Shown piece by piece: positions 24,797 to 37,213 of a DNA stretch of 64,000 bases. The position numbers and the translations under genes were made by a program. Source of the stretch: Eledone cirrhosa (lineage: Eukaryota); assembly GCA_964016885.1 (NCBI GenBank), contig OZ024740.1:358236001-358300000 (forward strand), read 5' to 3'. The notes below the pieces were generated by a model, which saw nothing but the letters and a program-made list of their open reading frames with translations, did no database searches and had not been told where the DNA came from. How positions within the stretch are numbered: the first letter of the stretch is position 1; each line of letters opens with the position of its first letter.

Positions 24797-24841
24797 AGTC
24801 ACTGAAGAGGTCACAGAGTGTGTGACGAAAGAACTATGACT
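24797..24841 (+). ncRNA. Minimal type I hammerhead ribozyme in the 3' pLTR
   Basis: Identical to 20422-20466, 4375 bp downstream. Confidence 0.88.
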
Positions 24842-25000
24842 ATATATATATAAACAACTATCTGGTTGTGGAACCAACCAACCAACCAGAAATTTATAAA
24901 TTCATAAATTTGTAAATTTATAAATATATAATAAATTAAATTAAAGTGAAAGCAACTGGTGCGTGTGTTTCTTATTGGCAACATGACCCTCCCAAAGTAT

Positions 25001-25036
<36 letters not shown>

Positions 25037-25039
<3 letters not shown>

Positions 25040-25644
25040 AGGTCACCAGTTGGTGCTACTGGTAACATGTATCCCAGTACAACCTGTCTCATGGTCGGGT
25101 CGTTGGCGACTAAACTGGCAACCCCACCAAGGTTTCTTGGTGAGGAGGGTGACTTTGGACATCCTGCAGGACTAAAAACAAAACCTGTCAAAGGGCAAAG
25201 GAGCTCTTAAGAGTCAATGGCCATCCAAAATCACCGGGAGAGATGACCCCTTAGCCTTTGTCAAGGCAGAATTCTAGGAGAAGGAAAACTCTGATATAAC
25301 ACCTGCAACCCTGATGGTATCCAATGATGTTGACTTGTTCTTCTTTTTGGTAAATATCATCTTGGTTAAGAGAGTGGGACTGGCTTTGTGCAGTGCCTTT
25401 GCTCACTATAAAAGCTTCACGGCACAGGCATTGCTTTATATCTGGAGATCTCTCTGCACTTGTCGTCACATGGTACCATGGGCCCAGCACTATGTGTCAG
25501 TAATTGTCACAAGTGTAGTGTTTGTACCAGAGTTTTCAAGTCGCTGGCTGGACTAAAAAGTCACACTCGTACAGCGCATCGGTAGGGGTTCTCCTACATG
25601 GATATAAAGTAGTGGCCGTACTCGAAAACGAGTTGGCAGCCACC

Positions 25645-25645
<1 letters not shown>
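25037..25645 (+). mobile_element. ~610-bp non-autonomous retroelement, longest copy; RTE-like 5' region
   Basis: Three near-identical copies (4278-4768, here, 38722-39013) share the 3' end ccacca-(TA)n and differ at the 5' end. The RTE assignment is by resemblance only. Confidence 0.75.
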
Positions 25646-25687
<42 letters not shown>

Positions 25688-26829
25688 GACTACACCTAAG
25701 TGGACTACCTATAACAATAATCAGTTATCCCGTATATATATATATATATATACCTACACGTGCATCATTATGTACTACTGGGTACCCGTGGTTAATCCTT
25801 AGGTAGTCCACAGCGAACATGTATTCAGTTTAATCAGTTTTATAGTAAAACTATAGGAGGCGAATTGAACATTGGATAGAATGCTTTATGATATTCGTTC
25901 CGGGTCTCTGCTCTCTGAGTCCAAATCCCACCGAGGTCAAATTTGCTTTTCATCCTTTCGAGGTCAATAAAAAAAGAACCAATCTAGTACCAATCGATTC
26001 TTCCTCTATATCTCTTTCTCATTTCCTCTCTGTACTCAGATCCTGGAGAGGATCCATCCATACATACATACATAGTAAAACTGCAGTGCCTGTGTGCCGA
26101 ATATATATATTTTAGTAAATTGAAATGAAAAGTGTTTGGAAATGCGTCAAAAATTTAGGCTAAACTATGAAAGAAATCATACAAGGCACATAATTCTCAT
26201 TCAAAGAAGCATGATATTTCATCGATTGCAAGCCTCGATTTGGTGAATCAGCAACTGAAGTGCTCCAGAATCAACTGCCAAAGCCTGGCTTCGCATAACT
26301 ATTTTTCAATCTGGATGAAGTCGTTGCGGAAATGAAATCACAATTTGATAATAACCAAGATATATTTTGTGCACTCGGCTATATTATCCTCAATATTGAT
26401 GTATCAGATGATTCAGATGACTACTGTCAACTTGGTATTGATTTGGATCTCTTAAAGGTGGAAAAAAAATCTTCACAAAGTTTATGACGGACTGTATACA
26501 TCTATCGGGTTCGCAAACAACTGCTACCGATGTTGTTAAAACTGTTTACAAGAACGGTCATCATATTGTACTGCCAGTCAGAACAAAATCACCGATATCT
26601 TTGTCACCATTCGTGCTCCATCGGGTTTTGTAGTACACTCCATCACCAGTTCGGGATTAATGAAGCTATATATGAGGAGTACAATGTGTTAAACACACCT
26701 AAACGGTATAACAATACTAAATATTGAGGGAAAGAATGCCAACATGTCTATTGACAAAAATGGTGATAAAATAATTAATACTTCAGCTGTTAAGAAAGCC
26801 AGAAAACAGTATTTATTTTAAATAATGTC

Positions 26830-27040
26830 TAGAGCTGTGGGTTGGTCGTGTCGGTAGGGCGTCAGACAATATGCTTTGCGGCATAGTGTTACGGACGTTT
26901 ACGTTCTGAGTTCAAATCCCATCGAGGTTAGCTTTGTCTTTCATCCTTACGGGGTCGATAAAATAAAGTACCAGTAATGTACTGGGGGGTGATTTAGTCA
27001 ACTTTCCCTTTCTCATCAAATCGTTGGCGGTACTTAAATT
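26830..27040 (+). mobile_element. SINE family 1 copy
   Basis: gttctgagttcaaatccc B box plus tttcatccttacggggtcgataaaataaagtaccag core. Confidence 0.85.
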
Positions 27041-27539
27041 TAAAACTGTGTCTTGTGTGACGTCCGCTAATTGTGTATCGTCGAATGATAAAAAGACATT
27101 TTAAAAAAAATTGGTATGTGTGTATTTATCTACGAAAATATGAGGCAAATCAACTTCTCTGCCCACGTTAACTAAAACACCCCGTACACCCATGGTGGCT
27201 ACTATAATGTTTGTTGTGTATACGAACAACTCATCGAAAATTATATTTTTTCAGGAAATCCTGTTTATTAACTATTATGGTAATAGGTCAAATTTCTATA
27301 GTAGCGCCGCCATCGTCTTTTGTTTTGTTATCCACCAAAACATTTATCAATATTGATTTACAGTGACTCATATCTTCCCGACAAAGTTTTTTTTTTTCCA
27401 AGAAAGTATTGTTTTCTTTTACTGGTTTCCAGTCATGCAACAGTCCTATAATAGAGTCTTCTTTAAGTTAACTGATAGAGACAGCGTAGGATGTCCACAA
27501 TTTAATCTGACGGGTTACACAAACCACAAATTTGTGATT

Positions 27540-29200
27540 TTCGTGGTCCACATAAATAGAACACTGAGATAGGGGCACAGAGTAAACAGCTATTTTGTAT
27601 TGAGCAATCGATTCGTCAGAGATGTTCTTTTATATCTCTTCTGTATGTGCTGGCTCTCGAGCGAGCCACATTTGCGGAAGCTAAGACTGTTGATGGGACT
27701 AGGCTTTCGAACTACATGTGAGAACAGTGTTGGCATGTGAAAATGACGTCACCGTTATGGCGTCAGACACCACGGAGTCGGGGGTGGTCAGTAACGCTGT
27801 AAAGGAATATAATGTGGTGAAGGAAGTAAATATTAACCACAGACAAGTTTGTGGGAATGCGGCTCAGCACCTGGAGAGGCAAGTACATGATGTCGGACAA
27901 TGTCGTGAGGCACTGGATCGATAAACCAGTTAAACTGATTAGACTCTGGTTTGGTACAGACCTCCTAGTAGACAGAAACTGGGATAAGGTTACGAACAGG
28001 GTGGTTTTACTTACATAGAAATAGACCGGGAGGAATCTGTCCTTCAAAGATCGAGCAGAGGTGGAAAATATTTACATCACCTCTGCCGTCATTTACCATT
28101 TGATCGTGCTCTCTTGTGGAAAAGCTGAATTTTACTTATCAAATGGTCTACCTGTTGCCAATACTCCCTGTACAGGCGACTCAGCATGTCATTGCTATTG
28201 ATGTACAGGCATGCGATGGGGCTACATCATTTGCAGTGATTCCTGGACAGGGAATGTGTGTAGCAGCTTTATTTTCAGAAAAGACCAAGGCAGGGCGCCT
28301 GACATCAGAAATAATTGTCAAGGTGCTTACAGCTTTCTATCAGTCGGGCAAGACAATTAATGGAAGTTCCACATTAGCTATATATATATATAGAGAGAGA
28401 GAGAGAGAATTAGTATATTTACCAACATATGCGTACAGATGTACACTAATGCTAGCAAATACATAAGTTATGTCATAGTTTGTCATTATACCACCCCACT
28501 CCTTCTGACTAGCCCCAGTGTCACGTGATTGATTCTTTAGAATCTGCCATTTGACCAGAGACAGTGAACTTTTTCAGTGCTATGGAATTTAGTCCCCGCT
28601 AGCTGTTCCATCCACCGAATTATTATTTTTATATGAGTCCCTAGTGTCCGCGCATTGCCTGGAGACTTAGCTGAGAATAGACTCCCTGATGACGTAATGA
28701 ATTCTCGATGGTTACATTGCGTAACTATCTTTATCCCATTACAGAAACTAATTAGTTGGAGTGAACATTTTAGTAAGTAAGTTAATTTTTAATTTTTAAA
28801 ATTTTCTTATTTTACCTCTTTCATATATATATATATAGGTAGTTTCCCGAAATCTGTAGTTTCCTGCAATGCTGCCGGTTCAAAATAAACTCTATAGGCA
28901 TGCAAGTGATGTCAGATCAGCCCGTTCGAGATGCGTGCAGAGTGATGGAACTGCTCTGCGTGCACTCGTTCAATGCTCCTGTATTGTGGATTTATGTTGA
29001 AAAATTGTTGTTGCATGTAGGACGGATACGACTAAATCCATCATGAAGATCACCCCGCTGCCTACCTTTAACAGTTTTCCTATGTTTGGTGGCTATGGTG
29101 AAAGAGGTTGTGTAATGGACAAAACTGAAAGAACTGTAGACAGACACATTCTTCTCCAGTCAAGTTCTCACCGTCTGTTTTGAAGTTTCACTTGTAAAGG
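27540..29200 (+). mobile_element. Decayed Tx1/L1-like LINE ORF2, interrupted at ~28380-28838
   Basis: Peptides SIRQRCSFISLLYVLALE and PVKLIRLWFGTDLLVDRNW; after the interruption LPVQNKLYRHA...RCVQSD, homologous to 33570-33680. Confidence 0.7.
28681..28762 (+). ncRNA. Type I hammerhead ribozyme with enlarged loop 2
   Basis: actcc CUGAUGA c gtaatg...cattac a GAAA ctaattag UU ggagt; palindromic stem III ACUAAUUAGU; (TA)n ~60 bp downstream. Confidence 0.88.
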
Positions 29201-29289
29201 AAGGTGAGGGTGGTGAGGGGGTGCTACTTCAGTGAATTTATCAAAAATTGCAAAAGTAACAATAAAATAAAAAAAAAGGAAAGAGTAAA

Positions 29290-30740
29290 TGAGTCTACAC
29301 TCAGTATGTGTCTGAGGGTCGGACAATGACATTTGGGAGAGGACATTCGCCCTTAGTGGTCAGGAGGGTTGTGTCTCTATAATGGAGACGGATTTAAGAA
29401 GAAAACAAAACCATATCATTTTAAATACTATGGTTTTAAACGCACAAAAGAATATAAGAAACACATCCAACAAGAATAACAACAGTAACAACAATAACAA
29501 TGAAAACGAAAAAAAACAACAGCAGCAAGAAGAACAACGATAAAATCGAAAAGGACAATAACAATGGAAACAACAACAGCAACAGCAGCAACAACAATAA
29601 CAGCAACAAAAACGAACCAACGAACAAACCAGCTAATAGTACTGCCAAAGCTTCTTTTGCTAGAGACATCGAGTCGTCTTTCAGGAAAATAAGCTTTTCT
29701 GGAGATGAAGAAGCCAATAACCTTGTAGAAATGATTGGTTATATCGTCAGCCACAAGAACCACGCCGAAACAATTCAAAAAACGATACATCACACAGTGA
29801 CATATCGTGTTATTGGGTTAAAAACGAGGAAGGTAGATAGAGCCACAGAGTCTCAAATTCAGAATCCTTTGGATTCTGTATAGAACCTAAAACCTATATA
29901 CAAAGAGGTAGGTGTTTTGGCACAGTGGAGGTGAGATTTGCTACGGAGGAAAAAGCAAGACCTCATTCCTTGAAGCTCCTACAGAGTACGAGATCCTGCT
30001 CGTCCCAATATAATGTGGAATGATACTAGTAAGGATCCGAATTTCACAAATTCCACCGCAAATAGCCATTTCTTGGCTAATAGCAGCAATCATGGTAGGC
30101 ATTAAGGAAAATTCCAAAATCCTCGAGGTCTACCAAACAAACCCTGATGGGACAAACTCTACAGGCATGGATGTGCCGTCAGTCGGGCCTGCTCGAGATG
30201 CGCACAGAGCGACGAAACCGTCCTGCGCGCACTCGTATAGTGTCCGAGCAATGGTGACCTCTGGATTTATGCCGGACACCTGCTATCGCGTGTAGGATAA
30301 ATCCAGCTATCAGCTGAGTCCATTGTGAAGATTGCCTCACCGCCTTCCTTTAGTCACAAAGGACAAGCTGCTTTTATGTGTCTGGTGGCAATAGCGAAAG
30401 AGGTTGTATGGTGGATACATTTAAAAGGGTTAAAGACCAGCATTTTCTTCTTCAGTGATGCCCTGATTAACGTTTTCAGGTTTCACTTTAAGAGAAAAAT
30501 CAGAATAGAGAGGGCAGTGTTGCCTTTGAAGCAGTTTCTTGTAGGGTTGGTGAAAGAGGCGAGCGTGGCCGAAGTGAATGGATCCACTCTGAATGAGCGT
30601 TTGTAGATTGGAGGAGGACAACTAGGACAGGGCATTTGCCCTAGAGGTCAGAACATGCGTAGTTTTATGGAGATATTTCTACGTCTCCTCTCTATTGAGA
30701 ATTCCCTTTGTTTAATTTTATTGTTACCTTCCTTTTTCAT
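29290..30740 (+). mobile_element. Internally deleted Tx1/L1-like element (putative ORF1 remnant fused to ORF2 3' end)
   Basis: 30150-30620 is homologous to 33580-34040 (IAKEVVWWIHLKGLKT vs VVKEVVWWTRLKGLKT). The upstream ORF1 assignment is inferred from position. Confidence 0.6.
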
Positions 30741-30811
30741 TTTTCACTATTATTAAATCTGTTTACACGCAAAACCCACAAACCAGCACACACATACACG
30801 CGCGCGCACGT

Positions 30812-30897
<86 letters not shown>

Positions 30898-30899
30898 TC

Positions 30900-33800
30900 T
30901 ATGTTTTCATCCTGTGCAGATCAGGCCCGAGGATGTAAAAAGAATCCCAGACCACACCCGTCTCTAGAACGGGAAGGTATTACATATAATGACTGTGGGC
31001 AAAAGGCCGCATTGTTTCGTTTGCGCAGAAATAACCCATTTGCAAGCCTTCTGCCCTTAAATGCTGAAAGGTGCAAGGGGTCGAATGTCTGCGCTGCTCT
31101 CGGCACCGGGGCGAGGACCACCACCAACACCAGAACCGGCAAAACCACCAGCAACAACACCAACGAAAACGCCACCACGAACATTGGTCAACAGGGCTCT
31201 CCCATTCCCTTTCCACCCCAAAATACACACATGAACAAAAACACAAACACACAGACAGACACAGACAGACTTACAGCCATCTTCCAGTAGTGAAGATAAG
31301 GAAAAACCCAAATCCCCCCAAAAGCAAAAAACAAACAAAACACACAAAGAAAAAAACTCCACAAATCCACAAAGCACAAAAACGCGCACGGTAAAAAATG
31401 CAGACCCCCCCCCCCACGCAAACATTTCCCCAACAATACCAATACCAACACCAATACCACAAACACCATCACCATCACCATAATCCCACAAACGCAAACA
31501 ACCTAAACAGACAGAAGAACAAACACACACACACGCAAACATCTAAAACCGCACACATCGCACCCACAGCAAATACAAACACAACCCAAACAACACCAAC
31601 AAAACTATCACGTAAACAAATGAAACCGCGCCAACAAAACATACAAACATTTCTAATACACGCGCACTAGCCCCCATTTTCGACGGCTATCAGATCTTCG
31701 CATCTGTTAGTAGGCCGGGAATGGGAGATGCGGTGGCAGTGCTGTTTAGGAAAGGCCTGGATCTTGAGGTAAGGTCGATCTTCCGGGACCCGGATGGTAA
31801 GTTGGTGGTCCTGGACGTGAACAATAGTGAAGGTGGTGCCTTTAGACTGGTGGTCGTCTACGCCTCTACCGGGGCCGGACGGCCGGACATCTTTAGACGC
31901 CTGGAAGCCATCTGGGTACGTCTCGCCTTTTACTGTTAGCGGGGGACTGGAACGGCATCTTAGACGCACGCTGGGGTTGTGTGGGAGTAGCCGATAGGAG
32001 CGAGGGTGCAAAAACCTCAAAGACCTGATCAGCCTGTTCCAACTGTCTGACAGATACCGACCAGATTTCCTTAATGCGCCAGTGTGGACCTGGACCAACC
32101 GTATAGGGTCATCTAGATCGTATATAGACAGGACTTTCATTAGGAAAATAGATAGAAATAGTGTAAGCTGTCCACGTTTTAAAACGGTCACCTATTCAGA
32201 TCACAAGTTTGTGATCTGTATGGTCGACATAGATAAGACGCGTAGGTTAGCACCTGGTTACTGGAAGCTGAACATGTCGTTTCCGGCACGTAAGGCTTAC
32301 AGAGACCGAGTCAACAATTTAGTTAAGCAAAAGTTGAGAGGGGGGTGTCGTCAACAACAGGTGGTGGGGGGCTCTCAAAAGAGAGATTAGAAAATTTCGA
32401 TAGGGTTTAGCAAAAAAGTAGCGTTAGAGAAAAATAGAAAGAAGGGGGAACTGGTAGCTAAGTTAGACTAGGCTATTTGAGGTGGCATTGCAACTGACGT
32501 GCTAATGGCGAGAATAGCATTAGACCATTTCTTCAATGCGAAACATGAAGGTTGCATTTTCAGAGCTAATGCGCTTTCTCTGAGGAACGAAGGAACCAAA
32601 GCTGTTGGATGGGGTCGCGTGGAAGAGGCGCAGCGTGGTAATAAAACCACAATTCGGTCTTTGACGAACCGAGACATACACGAGCTGAGCAATTCCAGGC
32701 GGATACGTGAGGCCTTTTGTCAGCACGTTGCTCGGTTGTTCGGGGGAAATTGCTGCGCCTCTCGACGGCCAACTCTGAGCGCTGCGAAAAGCCGGTAACT
32801 TTAGCCGAAATTCAGGATGTCCTTGTCGGCTGCACGAGGCACAAGTCACCCGGTTTGGATGGTCTACCCTATGAGATTTACGTTAATAGGCCAGACTTGT
32901 TCTCCAATCTTCTCGAAGCGCTCTACTGCAACTGCAACAGAACGGGAGTATTCCCAGTTCTGTGAGGCGGGAGTAGTGAGCTGATAAGGAAAGACGAGAA
33001 CAAGAGGGACACATTAGATAACTTCAGGCCCATAACTCTGCTCAACACAGAGTTTAAGATTTTGGCCAAGGTGTTAGCGAAAAGGTTGGCACTTGTCGAA
33101 GATTTGGTTAGGGAGGCACAAACTTGCGCAATCCCGACCAGGTCTATACACGACAACCTCCACCTCCTGCGGTAAGAGAGGGTAGGGTGTGAACCTGGCT
33201 TCGGTGGGGCTCTGATTAATTTAGATCAATCGAAAGCATTCGATAGGGTCGACCATCGGTACCTGGAAGCTGTCCTCGAGGCAGCTGGCTTCGGCCCCGT
33301 CTTCAGAAGTTGGATCGTTGCAATGCACTGCGGCATCTGCTCGGTGGTCAAAGCTAATGGCCACCTCTCGGAACCGTTTCAGATCTCCCGATCGGTCCAT
33401 CAGGGGTACCCACTCTATAGAGGATTAGTTGCGGGCAAGTGCGACGACGCATTCGGAGAGGTTCTCGCCGTCGACGAAGTCGAACGACCAGTCTGTTCTG
33501 GAGGACTTTCGAGCCGGGGACGTTGGATAACTTCCAGAAATCCCTCGCTTCGCAGTGCTACCGGGGTACACTGCCGGTTCGAGATAAAGTCTACAGGCAT
33601 GGAAGTGCTGTCAGACGGACCTGCCCAAGATGCGCGCAGAGCGACGAAACCGTTCTGCACACACTCGTCCAGTGTTCGCGCGTTACTGACTTGTGGAGTT
33701 ATGTCGAACAGCTGTTGTAACGTGTAGAACAGATCCGGCTATCGGCCGAGTTCATAGTGAAGATCGACCCGCCGCCTTCTTTGGACAGGAAGGGCAAGCA

Positions 33801-34290
33801 ATTTTCCTCTGTCTGGTGGCAGTAGTGAAAGAGGTTGTATGGTGGACCAGATTGAAAGGACTGAAGACAAATACTTTTCTCTTCGGCCAATCCCTCATCA
33901 ACCTTTTCAAATTTCACTTAGAAAGGAATGTGAGGGTGGGGTGAGAAGTGCTGCCCCCCAGTACATTTGCTGAAAGGTTGGTGAATGTGGCCAGAATGGC
34001 CCGTGTGAGTGGGCCTAGTCTGATCATGTGCCTGTAGGCTGTTGAATTTGAGGAGGAGAGGGGTGCCCTTCCTGGGTGCCATCTAAGCGCCGGGTCGTTC
34101 AGGATTGGTGGGGTACCTGAGTCAACCATGGGTGGTTATCCCCCCTATTGGGGAATTTTCGTTGTTGTATTTTTCTTGTTTCTTATTATTGTTTTCCTAT
34201 TTTTGACTCGATTTTTATGTAAAACTCCTACTGTCCCCATCTGTTGTATTGTCCCCTATATGTTGGCCCTTGTGGCCAATAAAAGAAACC
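30900..34290 (+). mobile_element. Decayed Tx1/L1-like LINE (APE endonuclease, RT N-half, zinc-binding C-terminus, 3' UTR)
   Basis: DPDGKLVVLDV, WTWTNRIGSSRSYIDR, YSDHK, PGYWKLN, KSPGLDGLPYE, FRPITLLNTEFKILAKV, LDQSKAFDRVDH, CPRCAQSDETVLHTLVQC; frameshifts; deletion at ~33410; AATAAA at 34278. Confidence 0.9.
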
Positions 34291-34292
34291 AT

Positions 34293-34529
34293 TATTAGGT
34301 TGACTTTGCCTTTCATCCTTACGGGGTCGATAAAATAAAGTACCAGTAATGCACTGGGTAATTGCTGGCCTTGTGCTAAAAGTAGAAACAATTATTAGTA
34401 GTAGTCCCTTTATGATCTGAGTTCAAATCCCGCCGAGGTTAACTTTGCCTTTCATCCATACGGGGTCGATAAAATAAAGTACCAGTAATGTACTGGGTAA
34501 TTTCTGGCCTTGTGCCAAAAGTAGAAACA

Positions 34530-34532
<3 letters not shown>
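34293..34532 (+). mobile_element. Two truncated SINE family 1 copies followed by (ATT)n(AGT)n
   Basis: Shared core present twice; triplet repeats at 34530-34612. Confidence 0.85.
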
Positions 34533-34611
<79 letters not shown>

Positions 34612-34769
34612 TGATGATGAAGATGATAATTTCAATTTATCTTTTTACTTCCTGTAGACAAGGACCCAAACTATGGGCCTAAGACACTACTGGAAAAAAT
34701 CGACACTTGATTGACAGTACTCACTATAGTAAACAGCTTATTTTCAGTAGGGTGATCTTCTGGACTGTA

Positions 34770-34980
34770 TATGAGGGGGTGCTGAAAAATTCATGGCTTT
34801 AAGGGTATCGCGAATGGATAAAGCTGTTACTTTTACAGGGGAAGTAGGACTGCTGTAATAAGTGAAAGAATCTCAGAAAGAATATGTTGAATAAAATCAT
34901 AATTAACTGATCCTCGTGTATCTTTTTTTAACTGATCCTCCTGCAACCCAATACCAGGGACTTTTCGCCATCCCTTCGTA
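34770..34980. mobile_element. Mariner-type MITE
   Basis: ta-tgagggggtgctgaaaaattcatgg ... ccagggacttttcgccatcccttcg-ta: degenerate TIRs with TA TSD. Confidence 0.65.
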
Positions 34981-35039
34981 GACGTTGATGTTGCCTTAGA
35001 TACGATTAATAAACGTTTCGACTCCCTTCGTAACGTGTC

Positions 35040-35185
35040 TTAGATCTCCGAAAACTACTGGAATTATTTCTGTCTTCATGTTCCACAACTTGTTGATTTC
35101 TATCTCGAGATTTTTGTACTTGGATTGTTTCTCTGTGACTCTCCCACAGATATTCCTTTAGATGGCATTGCTATATCCAATGTTC
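35040..35185 (-). mobile_element. REL-endonuclease non-LTR element (R4/NeSL-like) C-terminal remnant
   Basis: Minus peptide DIAMPS...EKQSKYKNLEIEINKLWNMKTEIIPVVFG fits the D-x(n)-K-x2-KY restriction-like endonuclease end. Confidence 0.7.
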
Positions 35186-35792
35186 TCAAATAAACAACGT
35201 TACACTTGATAAAGAAGCATTTTATGAAACTTTATTTGAGAAGCATTTTCATTTATTTCAAAGTAAATTTGTAAAAGCACAAACGATGACATCGAATCTA
35301 TGCTCTCTTATAGTCTTTCGTGGAGCAACATAAAGATTAGCTCGCATACACATACTCCTGATTTCTTTCACTCCTGATCACTTATTCACACACACACACG
35401 AGAATATTATGTAAAACAACATACATGGTATGAATTACGTAATTCAATACAAGTGTTTATCTTTTAACATTGTTCAACAATATTTCTAGGACTAGTGTAC
35501 CTACGCTGTCAGTAATGACGGTAAATAAATTTAACGTATTTAAATATTTAATTAAATAAATCACAAAATTAAATATTCCTGTGCAATTTCTTTCTGATAG
35601 TTTGTCACGCATGTGTGTATAGTGTATACATGTTTGAATGATAAACAGATAGGCAGAGAGGAGGGGGTGGGGGTGAGAGAGAGAGAGAAAGATATTTAGC
35701 AATGTTAGAGATTTATAATTAGACTTTCACCTCAATTATTATATTGCTTTTCACTCACTCATGCTCTGTTGGTGAATTGATCACATCATTAT

Positions 35793-35828
<36 letters not shown>

Positions 35829-35831
<3 letters not shown>

Positions 35832-35907
35832 CTGTCCCCTAAAAATGTATACACATTTCAACAGCATTCTAATAAAAGTGTGCATACATTCTTTTTGGGA
35901 CACCCTG
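35829..35907. mobile_element. 79-bp Tc1/mariner-type MITE
   Basis: TA-cagctgtcccctaaaaatgtatacacattt...aaagtgtgcatacattctttttgggacaccctg-TA. Confidence 0.7.
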
Positions 35908-37156
35908 TATTTATGTATATGTAGTGATGGGGGTCACCATTATGTAGTGAATATGTGCGTTCTTTGCAGGATGAATGATAAAAAGTATGATGCCAGAATT
36001 GTCATGTTGTCAATGTTTATTTTACAATAACAAAATTCGCTTGTTGGTACATCGAATATCGAGTAATAAAATCATGACAGCAATTATCACTACATTAGTT
36101 TCTTACTAGCTTCTTCGAGCTAGCGTAAATGCATGTATCACAAAAACGATATAGTAAAAGTTGTGTTGAATTTTACAGTCGTACAAAAAATGACAGGAAG
36201 ACGCAAGAATAGATCAAGCGTAGAAGTGAACAATATAATGTAACCTACTGTGTATGTGTGTGTGTCTATCCTTAGTATACGTTGTTCGTGTAGTAGTAGT
36301 CAATCTGTCGAGCTGGTATGAAATGTGAGAGCATAATAAACAAACTGGTATTCATGAAGAGACATTACACAGTGTTAGCAGAACTTTTTTCTCTCGTCTG
36401 TGTTATCACTATGTCTGCTTCCTTTCTCGAAGCCATTGTATTTATAATACCACTATAGCTAGAAGGATGTGGGTTGATTAGTAGCAGACATGTGTGTTTC
36501 ATCTGTCAAGTACCTGGGGAACTTGAAAAGGAAAAGACCCACATTTTTTATCAAGTGGTTTATACGTTTATCAGAGTTGTCTCTTGACAGGACAATAGTG
36601 GGAAATCCCAACAATAGGTGGTTTTAGAGGCGAGAAATTTTAGATTCGGTTTCGAATCTTCACCAGGTAAAACATAGTCGAATTCTGTTATATATATATA
36701 TATGTGTGGGGGGGGGGGGGGTGTACACATCCCAACCTACCACAGTAGTCAGCTCCTTCAACCCCCAACCCCCTTTTGAACTATTGACCACTAGATTAAA
36801 CAAAACAGTCACAACACATTCCTCACACCAACAAAACAACTTGGTCTCATTACCTGCCAACTTTTCAGAAGGCATGATGGAAGAAATTTTACTCAAACAT
36901 TCGTTTTTGATTTTAATTTTAAACCCTTTTTTAAACTCCCTTTTTAATTTGACAAGATGGATCTTAATACATCGAAACCGGTAATTTTCTGATACACTTT
37001 ATATACTTCATAAAAATTTTTCAAAAAAGAATTGTCCCTCTCTTTTTTTAATAACATTATCTTTTTAATAACACTATCTTTTCAATAATGTCACTTTGAC
37101 GAATCAAAAAAGGAAAACAGACCCTTAAATATATCTCCCATGCTATTTCCAACTTC

Positions 37157-37213
<57 letters not shown>

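Larger units (their letters stand above)
16480..25008. mobile_element. Young Penelope-like retroelement insertion: inverted 3-kb copy + partial direct repeat + full 4375-bp unit
   Basis: 16480-19475 is the reverse complement of 22073 onward; 19473-20633 repeats 23848-25008; about 9 visible mismatches among copies; both ends merge into (TA)n. Confidence 0.97.
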
